A program made the translations under genes and the position numbers. Positions 26,485-39,383 of a stretch of DNA of 64,000 nt are shown one piece after another. The notes beneath the pieces are model-generated. The model searched no databases. It was given only the letters and a program-made list of their open reading frames with translations, and was not told where the DNA came from. Position 1 is the first letter of the stretch; the number at the start of each line of letters is the position of its first letter. Origin of the DNA: Takakia lepidozioides (taxonomy: Eukaryota; Plantae; Bryophyta); assembly GCA_030704615.1 (NCBI GenBank), contig CM060734.1:13144001-13208000 (forward strand). Reading direction: 5' to 3'.

Positions 26485-27678
26485 GGTTATCAGCGTCACG
26501 TCCGTCAGTCAGCGCCAGGTCACGTTAGACCTAACGCTGACGGGCCCTCTGTCACGTCAAGTTCCGGGAATATTCTAGTGAAAAAAGTACCAGGTAAAAT
26601 ATTGCCACTTAAACAGCCACGTCACCGACACGGTGACGGTGGCAAATATATTTTGAAAAATAATAAAATGAAAGCGGTCGCTTAATATTTCAGAATTTAA
26701 AAAATAAGAGCGGCCGCCATATCAGCGGTCGCTTAATTGTTTTAAAAAAAAACCAAGATTGGCGGTTGCCTAATTTAAAAAAGAAAAACAGCGACCTCCG
26801 TCTTGGCGGTCGCATGATTTTAAAACTATATAAAAAACAAGCGACCGCCATTAGTATGGCGGTCACTTAAATACCATAATATGGCGGTCGCTTTATTTTA
26901 AATATATATATAAAAACCAGCGACCGCCATAATATGGCGGTCGCTTTGTTTTAAAAATATGAAAATATAAGCGACAAAATAAAAAAACGACCGCCACACC
27001 GGATGGTCGCTTATTTTAAAATAAAAATAATAATGGTGACACTGGCGGTCGCTTAAACTTAAAAATATAAAGATTAAAAGCGACCGCCGTACTGGCGGTT
27101 GATCTATTTTCAAAATAAAAGCGACCCCCATCTTGCCGGTCGCTTTATTTTTAGTATATAAAGAAATGAAGCGACCGCCATATTTGCGGTCGTGTCATTT
27201 TTTTAAGAAATAAAAATAAGCGTCATAATAAATATAAGCGACCGCAATACGGGCGGTCGTATTATATTTGGAAATAAAAAATAATAGCGACCGCAATACG
27301 GGCGGTCGCTTAAATTTAGAAATATACAAAATAAAAGCGACCACAATATTTCTGAAAATCAAAGGAAATAAAAGCAACCGCCGCAATATTGGCGGTTGCT
27401 TGTGTTTTATAAAAAATAAAAATAGCGACCGCAGTATGAGCGGTTGCTGAATTTTAAAATTATAACAAATATGGTTGTACCTCCTTTTTCGGGTGGGCGC
27501 TATTGGTCAGTCATATTTTCATTTCACTTTCATTTCACTTCCATCTTTCCTGGAATATATTTAAGGGAGGAGGGTTACCAAGCTCCTAGTTGCAAATTTG
27601 GACGTGACGTGGCGTTGACGCGTCAGCGTCACGTCCGACGTCAGCGACGGACGTGCGTCACGTCACGTCCTAAACCGA
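26485..27678. mobile_element. Non-coding element with ACGT/TGACG-rich ends and an internal array of GCGACCGC-N-GCGGTCGC hairpins in A-rich spacers
   Basis: Ends GGTTATCAGCGTCACGTCCGTC and ...GACGGACGTGCGTCACGTCACGTCCTAAACC. About 15 hairpin units at 26670-27447. Confidence 0.55.
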
Positions 27679-27824
27679 CGTTACTGTACATAAATATGTT
27701 TATTTTTTTACTTTACTATTGACTATTTACTATGAGAACCGACGTGGCAACCGATGTGGCCTCATTACGTGGACTTCATTAATTATCTATAAAATTCATA
27801 TATTATGATTTATATTGTCAATCA

Positions 27825-28265
27825 TGCGACCGTCAGCAAAGGTTGGTCGAACAAATTTTTATTTTTAAAAAAATAGGTGCGACCACTAGAAGGGGATGGT
27901 CGCACATTTTTTCTTATTTTTTAAATGGGTGCAACCACCAGCAGGTGGTGGTCGCAGCATTTTCATTTTTTTTAATAGGTGCGACCACAAGCAGTGGGTG
28001 GTCGCATATTTTTTCTTTTTTTAAATTGGGTGCGACCACCAGCAGGTGTTGGTCGCAATTTTTTCTTTTTTTTAAAGTAGGTGCAACCACCAGCAGAGGA
28101 TGGTCGCACATTTTTAATTATTTTTTAAATGGGTGCGACCACCAGCAGGAGATGGTCGCGCATTTTTAATTTTTTTTTAAATGGGTGCGACCACCAGCCG
28201 GTGGTGGTCACAGACTTTTTCTTTTTTGTTATTAGGTGCGATCGCTTATGGGGGGTCGCACATTT
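27825..28265. repeat. Array of TGCGACCACC-AGCAG-GGTGGTCGCA hairpins with T-rich spacers
   Basis: About 9 units with ~50 bp period. Confidence 0.9.
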
Positions 28266-28297
28266 TTTTTTGTTATTAGGTACAACCGCTCCCTGGA

Positions 28298-28363
28298 CAC
28301 GTGGCGAGGCGTGAATGGGCAGCAGAGGCGGTCATACGTCAGGCTTCTCCAGGCAGTATATAA
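28298..28363 (+). promoter_or_regulatory. Putative core promoter (G-box CACGTG + TATATAA) of the kinase gene
   Basis: CACGTG at 28298 and TATATAA at 28357, followed by a pyrimidine-rich leader. Confidence 0.4.
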
Positions 28364-28679
28364 GGGCCTACCCCTCATTCCCAACCCACTTTTTTCCCTC
28401 TCTGTGAGTGCGGTTCTGGGGCTTCTTGGAGTTTGAACTTTGGTGGCCAGGACTAAGCGTGGGAGGGGGGAGAAAGTGGATTTGTGTGGGGGAGGAGTTT
28501 TTGCCTTTTTTTCCTGGGACTGCGGGAGAGTTTGCTTTGGGTACTATATCAATAGAGGGTGAGGAAATCGGTCTGCTAGTATATAAGGTTATCAATAGTT
28601 TGGGTTTAGTTTTCCGTTACGAAGCCACGTCTATTCCGCAGAGTATTTTCATCATGTCCGGAAAGTTGCTTCGAACGCA

Positions 28680-30149
28680 ATGTCAGGGGGTTCCTCGGGA
28701 AGTGGGCGTAAAGGTAGGAAGTGTAAACATGCACATGAACGGGATAGTCAGGTCAACAAAAAAGACTATCCAAGCGCAGAGGCCGCGAAGGTGGTGAAGC
28801 AAGTAGTGCTAGATTATTTGAAGGACAATGACATAATGCGTTTGAATCTTTTGTATGTCTGACATGGGAATGAGGGGTTCCTTAGATTCCAACACAATAT
28901 GGAGATGAGAATGAGGGAGGTTTTGGCCGGGGATGAATGGGAGGAGAACAGGGCGAAGTTCCAGTTCACGAAATGGATAGAGGACCAGGCCCATGATGCC
29001 ACATGGAATCTGAGGCAAACCATGGACAAGTTTGTTACGAGAACACATGTAGCTGAAGGTCGCATGCCAACTTCAGAGGAGGAGTTGTTTGTGCTTGTGG
29101 ATTGGTGGTCTGACATGGCAAAGGCCCACGCCAAACGACGTACAAAACCACTCCCATGGAAGGCAGGGTCCTCGTCCGCGGATGCGGCATTGAACATGAT
29201 ATACATATCCACAAACGCACAGGTACAACAACTCGATGCGCCCAAACAGAAAAGGTATGGTACAATTCGGAGGGTTAGAATTGTTGGGGATCAATTCATT
29301 CCTCCATCTTGGGAGCTAGCAGGGAAAACGCCTAGGGAAACAAATGTTGAGCTTGCCAAAGTCCAACATAACAATGAGGCGTTGGCTGTAAAGTTTCATC
29401 ATAAAGTATTTTGTGTTGCATTCACGTCGAAATGAATGTTACACACATTGGTGGAATGGGGGGATCATACGATCATGGTTGAGTATTGACAGGAAATGGG
29501 GGAATGATCGGGATAACAGGGAGTTAATGGAACAACGGGGGACGGAGCAGGAAATGCAGGAGGTCAACCGACTGGTTCGATTCCGACAGAATCACACCCA
29601 ATTGGCATGGGCGCTTTTGCACATCATGCTCAACGTTCATAATCACCACCTCTTGCACAATGACATGTCCCCGACAACATCTTATTGCATTTTCCACAAG
29701 GGTCTGAAGATGTGTACATCGGGGTATGCGATTGGGGGATGGCCTCCATGACGGATGACCCAAAAACCATGTTGTACATTTTCGAGAGCAGAGACGAGAT
29801 AATAAAGACTCTCGCACATAGATGGTGGATTGCACCTGAAATTGCAATTGTTCATAATGTAGCCAACAACTAGTCAGATGACACACCTCGTAGGCCCCCT
29901 CTAACCGTGCCATCAGAGACCTTTGCAATTGGGAAGATAGCCCAGGCAATAAATGGGGGTAACACGTTCGATGCAAGTCTATTCAACGATATGTCTACTG
30001 GAACCTGTTTTGCTTCCGCTCTGGAAAACTTGTGTGTAGACACAGTAGAGTTGCGGTACAAACTAGAAAATGTTGTGAAGTGTTTCATGACGGGGCTATT
30101 CAATTGGCCTAAGCCCAAAAATTGCTGGAGGATGGATAGAAACTTGTAG
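28680..30149 (+). pseudogene. Intronless protein kinase-like gene with nonsense and frameshift lesions
   Basis: Subdomains in order: YGTIRRV, ELAGK, NEALA, WWNGG, LLHNDMS/PDNILL (frameshift), VCDWG, WIAPE, ETFAIG. Confidence 0.8.
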
Positions 30150-31147
30150 ACCTGTTTGAATAAATGTTGTTTTCAATTGTGTTTGTCTCGTACCATAATG
30201 TTTTAATGGTTTGTTACTTGGCCATGGCACCTGGGTCCATCATATGGGATAATCAAGCACCGCACCCACGAATCTTCAAGAGTGACAGTGTACACCAGGT
30301 CAATGGGTGAATCAATCGATCCCCTGCCAAATGATTTTAGATTGATTTGAAACTTTAGGAGTGTGTTGTACATGCCCTCTTTAAGTTACCGGACAAGTAT
30401 GAGGTCAATCTAAAATGGTTCTAAGGGTGAACCAATAGTTCCCCTATTAAATGATTCATGATTGAAAATTGGTTGAAAGGTTTAACGAGTCGTTCGGGGG
30501 GCAAATGATTATTTCTTCGCTTTCAACTTTGTGTACGTGATTTGTACGTACTTAAGCACATATGGACCAAAGTTGAACTTCAACAAAGTTGTTTGAATTG
30601 GTTATTCAAATTCATAAGGAGAAACAACCTTTTGCCTGCACATGAATTGTTTTTAATTCCATTCTGAAGCCATATGCTTGATAACAACATGAAGAGTTGC
30701 ATGCAAAATATCACCATGAACAGACATCGTCTGCATCCAAAACACATTTTATTCCCTCATTTGCACTCCAAGGTGAAAGTTATCTTCAACTTCATGCACT
30801 CTTCATAAAGAGTTCTGCAATAATGAGCATAGAGCAAAAGATGAACGTTTTTTTCCAAACATTTTTCTTTGGTACATTTTTTGGCAAGGATGTGGTGGTG
30901 TGAGGGTTCAACTCACAGAACAAAATCAAGCCAAAAACAAAATCATTGCGCCCCACACTCATTGCGCCCCACAATCCTATGCCCTCTAAATCATTTTATT
31001 TAGTAAAAATGCAGTTCAATTCAAAATTAGATGAAAGGGTGAACGGAAACTTCCCCGATGAAATGATATTTTATTGATCCAAAACTTTGCAAGTGTCTTC
31101 TACATGCCCTCTTACACGTCTTTGATAAGTATGACATCAATAAAAAA

Positions 31148-32997
31148 TGGATCTGCTATTCCTTTGGGACCTGTTGGACTGTGTTTCGCGTGCTCACGAT
31201 TTTATTTATTTTTCGGTTTTTGAATGGGGCGTGTAATGTAGCCATATGCAACGTGCGTGCCAAATTTGGGAGCGAACATAATTCATTTGGACCCAAAACC
31301 ACAGTTTTTTCCCTGTTTTGCACTCCAAACTTAATTTGTGTTCAACTTCATGTACTCTTCATAGAGTGTGAGCAAAGAGAACACTTTTTTTTTGGGCATT
31401 TTTTATTGGTCCAAATTTTGGCGGGGGAGTAGTGGTGGGATGCTGGAAGCCGTAAAACAAAATTGAGCAAAAAAAAAAATCGACACGTGCCAGAAACCCC
31501 CAAGGAAAGGCAGTGCAAACCTATTTATTGGCTTAAAATTAATTTAAATTCAATTACGTTATGGAATGGCTTGGTGTCGATGGGGAGGCAAATGATTTAT
31601 TCGTCTGTTGTGTCTCCGCACATGTGTCGCACACATGTTCAAGCACATGTGGGCAAAAGAGGGGCTTCAACCACATCCGTTCAATGGGTGCAATAGCCGT
31701 GCACGCATTGCGGGATTTCTTTTTCGCAATGAACAAAAACCAGATGACAATTGAACGCCTCATTGGCCCATCGAACGAATTTCGATTGATCTCATATTAC
31801 ACTCGGACCTATCAGAGGGTACATTGAACACACTGGCCAAGTCTCAAAGCGAACGAAAATCATTTGGATGGGCAACCATCCGTTGGCCCATTGAACGAAT
31901 TTTGATTGATCTCATATTACTCTGGGGCCTCTTCCATGGCACATTGAAGATACTGGCCAAGTCTCAAAGCAAACCAAAATCATCTCGATGGCCAACCATC
32001 CGTTGAGCCATCGAATGAATTTCGATTGATCTGATATTAGTCCGGGACCTGTGAGAGGGTGTCTCAAACGTACTGGCAAAGTTTGGAAGCAACCAAAAAT
32101 GATTTGGATGGGCAACCATCCGTTCACCCGTTGAATGTATTTCGCTGGATCTGCTATTGCTTTGGGACCTGTTGGACTGTGTTTCGCGTGCTCATGATTT
32201 TATTTTTTATTCGGTTTTTGAATGGGGTGTGTAATGTAGCCATATGCAACGTGCGTGCCAAATTTGGGAGCGAACATAATTCATTTGGACCCAAAACCAC
32301 AGTTTCTTCCCTGTTTTGCACTCCAAACTTAATTTGTGTTCAACTTCATGTACTCTTTATAGAGAGTTTTGCAATAGTGAGTGAAGACAATACTTTTTTT
32401 TTGGACATTTTTTATTGGTCCAAATTTTGGCGGGGGAGTAGTGGTGGGATGCTGGAAGCCGCAGAACAAAATTGAGCCAAAAACAAAATCGATACGTGCC
32501 AGAAACCCCCAATGAAAGGTAGTGCAAACCTATTTATTGGCTTAAAATTAATTTAAATTCAATTACGTTATGGAATGGCTTGGTGTCGATGGGGAGGCAA
32601 ATGATTTATTCGTCTGTTGTGTCTCCGCACATGTGTCGCACACATGTTCAAGCACATGTGGGCAAAAGAGGGGCTTCAACCACATCCGTTCAATGGGTGC
32701 AATAGTCGTGCACGCATTGCGGGATTTCTTTTTCGCAATGAACAAAAACCAGATGACAACTGAACGACTCATTGGCCCATCGAACGAATTTCGATTGATC
32801 TCATATTACACTGGAACCTATCAGAGGGTACATTGAACACACTGGCCAAGTCTCAAAGCGAACGAAAATCATTTGGATGGGCAACCATCCGTTGGCCCAT
32901 TGAACAAATTTTGATTGATTTCATATTACTCTGGGGCCTCTTCCATGGTACATTGAAGATAATGGCCAAGTCTCAAAGCGAACCAAAATCATTTGGA
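31148..32997. repeat. ~1 kb tandem duplication within a region of degenerate ~120-bp repeats (30250-33420)
   Basis: 31148.. is repeated at 32146..; the paired ORFs 31561 and 32570 are nearly identical. Confidence 0.9.
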
Positions 32998-33518
32998 GGC
33001 AAATGATTTATGCGTCTGTTCATTTATTTGTGATTAATCGTTGATGGTGAAAAGGATAAACCAAAGGTTCCTTGATCAAAAAAAATTTGAATGATTTGAA
33101 ATTTTGCCAGTATGTTCTACATGCCTCTTACATGGACCGGAGAAGTATGAGATCAATAAAAAATGGTTCACAAGAAGAACCAATGGTTACTTGATGTGCC
33201 GATTTCTGAATGCTTTCAAACTTTGCCATTGCATTGTACATGCCATCTTAAAGGTACCGGACAAGTATGAGTTCGATTTAAAATATTGCAATGGGTGAAC
33301 CAATGGTATCTTCATTCAGCAATTTTTGATTGTTTTGAAACTTTGCCAGTATATTGTACATGTCGTCAAACAGGTACCGAACAAGTATGAGGTCATTAAA
33401 AAATGGTTCAAAAGATGAACCTCGTATTTTCAAAAATTACGTAGACTATACAGTGGGTTGCACATTTAAGTTTTCGCAACCTGATACCTTTGGCCTACTC
33501 CCTACGTTTCTAGCCTTT

Positions 33519-36086
33519 CTAGTCATCTTCATCTAGATCTATTACTTCGTTGTCGTCATCTCCAGATGTTGATGAAGATGCTCCGGGTGTAGAGGACGTG
33601 CCTCCACCAGTACGGAGAGCTCGAGCCTGGGCTCGAGTGGTCAAAGAGGGACCCAGTGTTGTGTGGTCCACCCTTGCCATCATGCGTAGCGTTCTAGGCG
33701 AGTGCTGACTCTCTTCCACATTTGCCAGAGCCGGGCGTGTCGCTCTTGCTACGACGACATGCAATTTTTCAATTAAATCCGATATGTTTGGAAGTGACAA
33801 GAACACCCCTGGAATAGGAGCAACTTGGTCACGCCATGTATTCTGCCAATACTTTACAACACTTGTGATGGCAGCCTTGAAATTGTCCAACACCTCCTCC
33901 TGCTAGGGGTCTCTACGCAACTCTGGAAGAAATGGCCTATCATCCCGACGAGGCACCCAATACGTCTCATTCATATCCTCTCAACGGATGCTAGCGGCCT
34001 CCAACTCCCTCAGAAATAGGTCTCTCCCAATCGGTTCGCGATTGTATGGGTCGTTTTCCGCTGGCACCCACGGATCCTTAGGCAGTCGGAAGAATCTTTG
34101 TCTGGTACAGCTCCAATGCCCTCCCAAGTTCCGGCAAAAAAGCTCCCTTTGGACTGGGTCCCGTATGCCTCTAGCACGCACGGTTATTTCCCAGTTGGAT
34201 GTCACCCAAAAGGTCACCGGATCTTTAACCCTAGTTAACGTCTTCGCATCCAAGGCATGCATCTCTCTTGGAGCATCCCATGTCATTGTCTCCCCCCAGT
34301 GATGCCAATTTAAAAAATCGTAAGGCGATACATCCAATGGCATGTTGTACCGGTTGTACTCGTATCCCGTGGGCATATTGTCTTGCAACCCAAACAACTT
34401 GTAGAAACGTCGATGAATTGGTCCACGGCAGTCAGGGCATTGGCTGGCTCGCATGGCTGCTGATATGAGACATGTGGGATGGAACAAATGGCCACATGAA
34501 CCAAGCATATAGCCTCCCTCCGGTCCATAAGGGTTTAGGCACATTGTGCACACCGTACCATCTGTTACCCATGACGTTGGATTGCTCTGTGGTATCCACG
34601 TCCGTTTATCCTCATTAATGTAGGATGACATCCTCGGCTTGGTGTCCCACTCCTCCTCTACTTCCAAATCCCAGTTTATGCTGTTATCGGTATCGGAAAT
34701 TGTATGCACACAGTGCTCAAACATGGCATGCACATCACCCCATGTGGTGAATCCAGTGTACTTCGACGTGAATACATCACGCACAGTGTCGTGCCTTTGC
34801 AAATTAACATAGATGCTATCTACGCTTCGATTCGACAAACGTGCTGCACGTTGGAGGGAGGACAACGCTTCTTCTATCCGTGTTTCCCGCAATGCTAGAT
34901 GGCCCACCCATGTCACCCAATTCCGCCAATTCCCCTTCAACCATGGCCACGATCGGATTTGCATGGCATTTGAGTACCGATATGCAACAGCCCTAGCTTG
35001 CTCGCGTTCTCCCATAAGCTGCTCTAATTCCTGTTCTTGGGCCGATGTAATTTGCACGGCTGAACATTCCCCAGTTTCCACTATGGGGTCCTTCCCTTTT
35101 CTTGCCCTCTCCGCCGCAAGTCTTTCTTCCTCAACCCTCGCCGGGTCCAGTTCAGACATTTGCACTTCATTCCCATGCCCGATTGAGTCAACCCCGTCGA
35201 TGACGCGGTCAATGTCCATTGGTGGCATATTCAAACGCGCCAATATGTCTTGCTCGTTGGTGATTGGCCTCGGGTCCTGAAGCACACCGCGTACGCTGTC
35301 GAGAGTCCCCAACCCCATTCTTTCCAGCAACTTCACTATTTGCCACCGTTGCAAATGAACAATGTCTTGCAAGTCTTTGATATGTTGTTCATATGCGGCC
35401 AACTGTTCCTCCAACGGAGAGCGTACCTCGCCCCCCTCCACCTCAGACGTTGAAAGCCCGGCTGCGGAGACCTGTTGCGGCGTATAATCCGGAGGTTAGT
35501 CTGCATTTCCTCCTTCTTCCACATCGTCGTTTCCATCCGCTTTTCCTCTTTCTTCCACCTCGTCGTTTCCATCGAACCATATGATGTCCTGCCCCTGAAG
35601 TATATATAAGTCTGGGATATCAGAGAACATATATAGTCTAGTACGCTGTCTCGCAGTGGCAGTTTGCCAATCCACTGGTCGCAATAAAATCAACTTTGTG
35701 TACAACAGGGCCGCAAATAAATATGGGACCTTGTTGTTGATGAGTGATTGACCCCACAATGATGTATGTACTTCCTCTGCCATGTGGCGGAAATACGGGT
35801 TGGCGCAGGAATGTAAGCTAGCTTGATTTTGTTTGGTTTGTGGATCATGCCTATCTCTGGGCCACAAACGATTTATGTGACACCAATCCACAAATTTCCT
35901 GCAGTCACCAAGCGACCACCGCTGCCCCAACTTCCAAACTTCCCAACCTAGTTCCGCAAGAATGTTGGGGTCATTGTATATGTCCCAACGAAGTTCGCGC
36001 CTGGCCCCTTTTGGTTTTTTTTTTGGAGGTCCAGGTTCATTATCGTCATCCCTGGGATGACCTCCTCTGTCTTCCTCCTCCGCCAT
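33519..36086 (-). pseudogene. Large gene with coiled-coil and RING-H2 finger (putative E3 ligase), decayed
   Basis: CTMC..SCGHLFHPTC..QCPDCR. ORFs 33981-35441 and 33519-33893 are in the same frame across two stops; the N-terminal ORF is 35496-36086. Confidence 0.75.
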
Positions 36087-36514
36087 TTATGGCTTTGGCT
36101 TACCCTTACTCGACAGGTGTTTGCTAAGAAAAATGCTCTCCCAACCCTCCTAAATCGTACCTAATCCTATTCCCTAATGAATCCTCCCCAAGTACTAGAG
36201 GCACGTGTCACTCCCTCGGCAATTCTAAGTGATATGACGCAATGTGCAATGAAAAAAACGTGGGTGCTAGAGGAGGGCTTCCCGGGAGGTACTCAACATC
36301 GATTTCGTAGAATCCAACGGCCCAGAATACCCCCCACCCAACCAATAGCACCCCTCTCCACTTGGACTCAATGACAAGGAATGCAACATCCCATCGCCCA
36401 CCAAGTCCCGGTGTGGAGAAAAGTGAGGGAGAGAATGGTCTCCAAGGCCTTATAAGCCCCCCTTCCACACCCGGGGCACGCGCTGTCATCATGACTGCGC
36501 ACGCTAGTAATAGC

Positions 36515-37350
36515 TGCAACCGCCAGCAGAGGTGGTCGCATCTTTTTTTTTTTTCTTTATTATATGCGACCACCAGCAAGGGGGTGGTCGCAAATTTTTC
36601 ATTTTATTTAATAGGTGTGACCACTAGCAGGGGGGTGGTCGCAGATTTGTTTATGATTTTTAATGGGTGCGACCACCAGCAGGGGGGTGGTCGCAGATTT
36701 TTTTATTTTTTTTAATGGGTGCGACCACCAGTAGGGGGGTGGTCGCAGATTTTTTTTTTTTTAATCAGCAGGGAGGTGGTCGCATATATATATATATATA
36801 ATAGGCGCGACCACCAGCAGAGGGGTGGTCGCAGAAATTTTGTTTAAAACAAATAGGTGCAACCACCACCTGCTGGTGGTCGCACTATTTTCCTTTTCTT
36901 TAATAGATGCGACCACCAGCAGGGGGGTGGTCGTACGGGGTGGTCGCATTATTTTCCGATTTTTTAATATCTACCAACAGTCAGTAGCTCAGTTGGTTAA
37001 GTGCACTGAGTGCGACCCGGATGATTCTGGGGTCAAATCTTGCTACTTGATGGGTGTGGTATGGTTCGTGTGTGGTGCCCCATTCCTACGCCTCTTGGCG
37101 CATAAATGAAAGAGGTTATTTTCTCCTCTCACTACTAAGGGGCCTGATTTGTGAGCTGTCGCTCCCAGATGTTTCCCAAAATAAAATAAAATCTGCGACC
37201 ACCAGCAGGGGTAATCAGTGAATCAGTAAATAGGTGCGACTACCAGCAGGGGGGTGGTCGCAACATTTTTCTTTTATTTTAGCAGTTGCGACGACCGCTA
37301 CTGGTGGTCACACAATTGTTTTTTTTTAAATAGGTGCGACCACCAGGAGG
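36515..37350. repeat. Second array of TGCGACCACC/GGTGGTCGCA hairpins
   Basis: Same unit and same orientation as 27825-28265; interrupted by a SINE-like insert. Confidence 0.9.
36980..37191 (+). mobile_element. tRNA-derived SINE-like insertion
   Basis: A-box TAGCTCAGTTGG (36985), B-box-like GGGTCAAATC (37030), A-rich tail AAAATAAAATAAAA. Interrupts the hairpin array. Confidence 0.5.
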
Positions 37351-37671
37351 TTGGTCCCCTTGCACGTGTATGTATGTTTGGAGAGGCAGATGCAAAGCAC
37401 ATGTATCGACTCCCCATGGATTTGTGAAGGGGAAGATGAATGTTGGGAGCTGCACCTGGCTTTTGTGGCTTTCGAAACCATAATAGGAAATCAACAATGT
37501 AAAGGTAATGACGAAACACAAACACACGCACAACCACCAAACCCTTTCTTGGGTATACATATTCCACCATTTTTATTTCCGTACACGTATGCATGTATTC
37601 ATACTGAAACATGGATATCCATGGAAACATACTACACATCATGTGACAGGTCACAGAAGTTATAGCTGTAC

Positions 37672-39270
37672 CTAATTCCGTCTGGCACGACGACGATGGT
37701 ATGATCTCACGTCTAGTACAAAATCTTTGTCCCCACTCACTTCACCCCCGTTCCCATGATCAGTGCTAGAATCATGATCTCCATCTGTTCTTTCGTTTCC
37801 AGAGACAACTAACCGTTGGACTTGTAGTCGTCCTCGGAGTACGTTCAGTTGTCTCTCTGGTCGATTTCCACTCCTATCATGAATACCATCTAGGGTATCA
37901 GGCCTGTTCACAGGTCGGTCACCAACAAAAGGTTGCACAATTCTCTGTCGTTTCTGGGCTTGTCCCGGATTTCGTGGTGGCCTTGGAGCAGGTCTCGTAT
38001 GAGGAAGGCTACTCGCACGTACATAAGAGGGGCCGACATGAGAGGAAGGGGCATGAGATGGACCAGTGAGGGTCGAGGGAGCACGGTTCACATGCGGACG
38101 CCGTAGGGCCAGATGAAACAACAATGGCCGGTCGTCGTCATCCGATGGTTCGACTTGCAGAAGAACCATCTCCCAGGAAGGAATTACATGAGGGGGAGAG
38201 AGACTAGATGGACCTGCATGGGATGGACCGGCTTGATAAAGAGAAAAATGAGATGGAGCGGGGTGAGATGAAGCACGGTTCACAGGGGCACGATGTCGGT
38301 GAAGGAATGACAATGGCCGGTTGTCATCATCCGACGATTCGACCTGCACATCTCCCGCAGTCCGTGGAACTCGTGGTGGGGGAGAGTTGACCTCAACTTC
38401 ATTGTTGAGAGTGTGTTCCACTGGGGGAAGGGGGTCCGCAATTGGGATGACACCATGTTGCAGTTCATCAACAACAAGGTCATCGAAGGATGGATGCATT
38501 GCAGCATCATCGTCATTAAATTCATATGGGTCATGTGGAGGATTGCCCACATCATCGGACCCATCCCAACCGTCGGAGTCGGAGTCCCTCGCGGCGTTAA
38601 TGTCATCATTGCTGCTAGATTGGACCTTTGAGGCAGATTTTTCAGACAACAGATTCTTCTCGTACCATGCAGATGCGTCACTTGCTCTCCTCTCTCGCAA
38701 TAGCCTACAATTCGTGTAGACATAAACCAATTTGTCAGCTCTGACATGATTCAACCTGTTGCGAATCTTATTGTGAACAAACGAGTAACTGCTCCAGTTC
38801 CGCTCACAGGACGAGGCAAAGCACACTTGAGCAAGAATACGCTTTGCAATGGGAGCTAACGTTCTTGCTCCAGCTCCAATCAGATCCCACCATTCATGTG
38901 ACAACATGTTCATTGCTTTTGGATCCGGCATGTCATGGAAAGGATTCTGCCGATCCGAGAAGCACTGGTATTCTGACAACGCTCGCTCTGCCATGTTCAA
39001 GGGCACAAGTTGCATGATGACCCATACAAGCCCAGCTTTGGCATCCACATCGTCTCTCAAATCTGTATTGTCCAGCAAGAATGGATTCAGCAAGGCCCCC
39101 GCATAATGCAAGTCCATGCGAACCATCCGTTTGCGGTCGTAAAATGCATCCTCGGTCCTTGCCGCCAAATCATCGTCCATAGAAAATGGAGAACGCCTCA
39201 AAGATTGTACGTGTTTCTCAAGGTTTTCCAATACACTATAACGTGCATCGACCCACTTGGGTTGGTGATA
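37672..39270 (-). pseudogene. hAT transposase, C-terminal half (dimerisation domain + long disordered tail)
   Basis: LHYAGALLNP, WW..LAPIAKRILAQVCFASSCERNWSSYSFVHNKIRNRL. Confidence 0.9.
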
Positions 39271-39383
39271 GGTATAGAAGTGTTGGGCTGTTGCATTGCA
39301 GTCTACATTCACAGGTTCATATATAGGTCACTGTTTTTTGTTGCTTACATCATTAAGGCCCATGAGAGTGGATATTGGGTAAA

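Noticed and set aside
26483-26685. C-terminal part of ORF 26254-26685
   Set aside because: Read-through from the pogo HTH into an unrelated inserted element.
31181-32836. Duplicated small ORFs
   Set aside because: They arise from the 1-kb tandem duplication and have no recognisable protein features.
36980-37050. Functional tRNA gene
   Set aside because: A and B boxes are present but there is no convincing cloverleaf or acceptor stem; treated as a SINE head.
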